Below the pieces are notes generated by a model. It was not told where the DNA came from, made no database searches, and saw only the letters and a program-made list of their open reading frames with translations. Below are positions 29,755 through 32,000 of a stretch of 32,000 bases of DNA, piece after piece. Made by a program: the position numbers and the translations under genes. Location: assembly GCA_023818895.1 (NCBI GenBank), contig JAMWCX010000003.1:150001-182000 (forward strand). Direction: 5' to 3'. The DNA is from Candidatus Omnitrophota bacterium (GTDB lineage Bacteria; Omnitrophota; Gorgyraeia; 2-01-FULL-45-10). Numbering within the stretch: the stretch's first letter is position 1; each line of letters starts with the position of its first letter.

Positions 29755-31592
29755 TTTCCGTCTACCCACTTCCTGTGCCACAGTTCCAGCATAAGAAACG
29801 GCCATAAGAGATCGCCATAATACGAGGACGCTTCACTGTCATGCATCTCCAGCATCTTTTTGAATACGCCTTTTTTGAAATATCCCCTTTTATCTAAACG
29901 GCCGTCCAGAAGGATATCTTCGGCAAACTTCCTTACCGTCCGCTCTTTACGCAGCCAGACGGCGAAGGGTAGCCCAAAACCGTGCTTTTTCTTTGCGACT
30001 ATTTCCTTCGGCAGAAAATTTTTGAATGCCTTCCTGAAAATATATTTTCTGGTAAAACCTTTTAGTTTTAACTGCGCCGGAATCGAGCACCCGAGATCCC
30101 ACAGCTTAGCGTCAAGCATCGGATAGCGCAGGCGCACACCAAATATCTGGGCGGCCTTTTCCATCTTATTTCTTAAATCATTATCAATCAGCCCCATTTT
30201 CGAGTCAAGGTAAAGCAGCCTGTTGAGCGGCGCGTCTGTCAGCGGCGCATTAAAATAGGAACTAAGAATATCTACGGGGCTGTTCTGGTTTATAGCTCTT
30301 AAAAAATCCTCAGAAAATATATCCACTCTATTGTGAAAAGCGTATAACTCATAAAAACAGAGCCTTTCCGGATTCGGCATATTGGCGCGGCCGATATAAC
30401 TTTCGACCTTCCTGAAAAACGGAATAGACCTAAGCACGCCGCTTAATGCTATCGGCTCCAAAAAAGCTTTACGTACGATAAGGGGCATATATTGATAGAG
30501 CGAATATATTTTGTCATTCACGTAGCGCTCATATCCTGCGAAATTCTCATCACCGCCATCACCGCCAAGGAGCACGTTGACACCGTTATCGCGGGCTATC
30601 TTCATACAATAGTACGCCGCGATAGCGGAAGAATTTCCGAAAGGTTCATCATATTCTTCAATCAGTTTTTCGGCTGCCTCAATAAGGTCTGGTGGCCTTA
30701 CGCAATACTTGTGGTTTTTTAAGGCAAAGTGGCTTGCCGCCAGGTCAATATAGCGTGCTTCGCTGTATTTTTCCTCATCGAATACTATCGAGAAAGTCTT
30801 TACTTCTGTACCGGCTATCTTTCTCATGAGACCTGAGATGGTGCTTGAGTCTAGCCCGCCGCTCAAGAATGCCCCTGTCCTGCTTAACTCTACTGACGGC
30901 TCAAACCTTCTGCGGGTTGCCTCCTCGATTTCGTCTCTTATCCGACGGCAGTAATCCTCTTCGCTTATCCTTAGATTACTGGAATAATTAATGTCCCAAT
31001 ATCTTAACACTTTTACACCGCCGTTCTGAACTACAATAAGGCTTCCCGGTTCGAGCTTGACTACCATTGAATATATCGAACGGGGCGAGGGGATGAAGGC
31101 AAGCACGCAGTAATCATATATCGCCTGCGCCTCTATGGATGGTGACACCAGGGCGCTTTCGAAAATAGCCCTTGGTTTAGAGGCAAAAACGAAATATTTC
31201 CCGTTATTATAAAAACTGATAGAACCAGTACCGAAACGATCCGTGGCTACTATGAGCTTTCCTAACCTAACATCTAATATGCAGAGGTTGAACCTACCAT
31301 CTACCCGCCCCAAAAACTCCTCCCCGCTTTCCCGGTATAGTGACTCTATGAGCCTGGCGGGATCGGATGTCCGAGGATCATGTATCTCCCCGTCAATGGC
31401 GATTATGATGTCCTTAACTTCAACGAAAACACCACCTTCAGGATGAACGCAGGCGCCGATGCCAGCCTGACTTTCGGCGTGCGCAAAGATTTTTTCACCC
31501 GGCACGCTTTGCATGGAAGAAGCCATGGCAAGGATAACTTTTTCTTCAACTTTGCCGCCACCTATACTTACTATACCGCATATGCCTGACAC
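29751..31592 (-). CDS. asnB: Asparagine synthetase (glutamine-hydrolysing)-family amidotransferase, EPS-locus type
   Basis: The N-terminal Ntn domain reads (M)SGICGIV. The synthetase domain has SGGLDSS (PP-loop) and GGDGGDENFAGY. The track start is a GTG at 31592. Confidence 0.85.
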   Translation of the reverse strand: MSGICGIVSIGGGKVEEKVILAMASSMQSVPGEKIFAHAESQAGIGACVHPEGGVFVEVKDIIIAIDGEIHDPRTSDPARLIESLYRESGEEFLGRVDGRFNLCILDVRLGKLIVATDRFGTGSISFYNNGKYFVFASKPRAIFESALVSPSIEAQAIYDYCVLAFIPSPRSIYSMVVKLEPGSLIVVQNGGVKVLRYWDINYSSNLRISEEDYCRRIRDEIEEATRRRFEPSVELSRTGAFLSGGLDSSTISGLMRKIAGTEVKTFSIVFDEEKYSEARYIDLAASHFALKNHKYCVRPPDLIEAAEKLIEEYDEPFGNSSAIAAYYCMKIARDNGVNVLLGGDGGDENFAGYERYVNDKIYSLYQYMPLIVRKAFLEPIALSGVLRSIPFFRKVESYIGRANMPNPERLCFYELYAFHNRVDIFSEDFLRAINQNSPVDILSSYFNAPLTDAPLNRLLYLDSKMGLIDNDLRNKMEKAAQIFGVRLRYPMLDAKLWDLGCSIPAQLKLKGFTRKYIFRKAFKNFLPKEIVAKKKHGFGLPFAVWLRKERTVRKFAEDILLDGRLDKRGYFKKGVFKKMLEMHDSEASSYYGDLLWPFLMLELWHRKWVDGK

Positions 31593-31602
31593 AAGAGGCC
31601 CC

Positions 31603-32000
31603 CTACAAATATTTCTTTATAACTTCCGATACCACGAACTTATATTTGCCCTCCGATCCTATCTCATCCTGGCCTACATATCTGAAGATTGTCTCGATTG
31701 CCACTCCCATGACACCGTCTATCCTGGCCTTTATATCGGTCTCCAATTTCTTTTCAAATCTATCATTGACGGACATGGTTACCACCAACTTATCCTCCTT
31801 TTCCTGAACGATCTTAAAATAATCTATTCCTTCGAGTTCCCTGAAGATGTATTCTAGGGCAAGGGGATGAATAAATTCACCGCTAGGACTGACTACATAA
31901 TCCGTATCTCTCCCAATTATCTCATCCATAATGGGGTAGGGCCTCCCACAAGCGCACCGCCTATTGCCCACAACACCTTCATCTCCTGTGCAATATCTTA
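31603..32000 (-). CDS. Phenylacetate-CoA ligase-family (PaaK/CapK/F390-synthetase-like) adenylating enzyme, C-terminal part only
   Basis: The frame is open from 32000 down to TAG at 31603-31605 (...RYCTGDEGVVGNRRCACGRPYPIMDEIIGRDTDYVVSPSGEFIHP...). CxCGR...GRxxD is the PaaK-family C-terminal pattern. The N-terminus is beyond the window end. Confidence 0.65.
   Translation of the reverse strand, partial: RYCTGDEGVVGNRRCACGRPYPIMDEIIGRDTDYVVSPSGEFIHPLALEYIFRELEGIDYFKIVQEKEDKLVVTMSVNDRFEKKLETDIKARIDGVMGVAIETIFRYVGQDEIGSEGKYKFVVSEVIKKYL

Overview
This 32-kb window is almost entirely coding and appears to come from a diderm (Gram-negative-type) bacterium. I cannot assign a taxon from the sequence alone. 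All family assignments are from motif recognition by eye, not searches. There are four blocks.

(1) 1-4444 is a visibly AT-rich, foreign-looking block ending at tRNA-Ser(GCT). It holds a partial ATP-grasp ligase, a 75-aa peptide gene with an acidic tail, three tiny zinc-ribbon/membrane proteins and an XRE repressor. A consensus sigma70 promoter fires into a ~350-nt GC-rich hairpin array. A large serine recombinase gene follows, bracketed by a perfect 137-bp inverted repeat.

(2) 4662-14087 (minus strand) is a tightly packed module of Sec-exported proteins. It encodes an outer-membrane beta-barrel, a small NTF2-like protein and two giant paralogous helical proteins. One paralog is 1295 aa. The other is a 1092-codon copy that is open except for two in-frame TAG codons. 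I cannot place these in any characterised family, so this is my top candidate for an undescribed system.

(3) 14091-16594 holds tRNA-Arg(ACG) directly upstream of tadA, a tRNA-binding-domain protein, and a YvcK/CofD-like protein with a degenerate receiver domain.

(4) 16710-32000 is an exopolysaccharide locus of the PEP-CTERM/exosortase-associated type. It encodes a Wza-like exporter, a PilZ protein, a BY-kinase, a chain-length determinant, a priming transferase, WecB, three GT4 enzymes, a FemAB-like protein, an O-antigen-ligase-like protein, AsnB and a PaaK-like ligase. The exosortase itself is not in the window.

I saw no CRISPR array, no rRNA, no reverse transcriptase and no transposase other than the serine recombinase.
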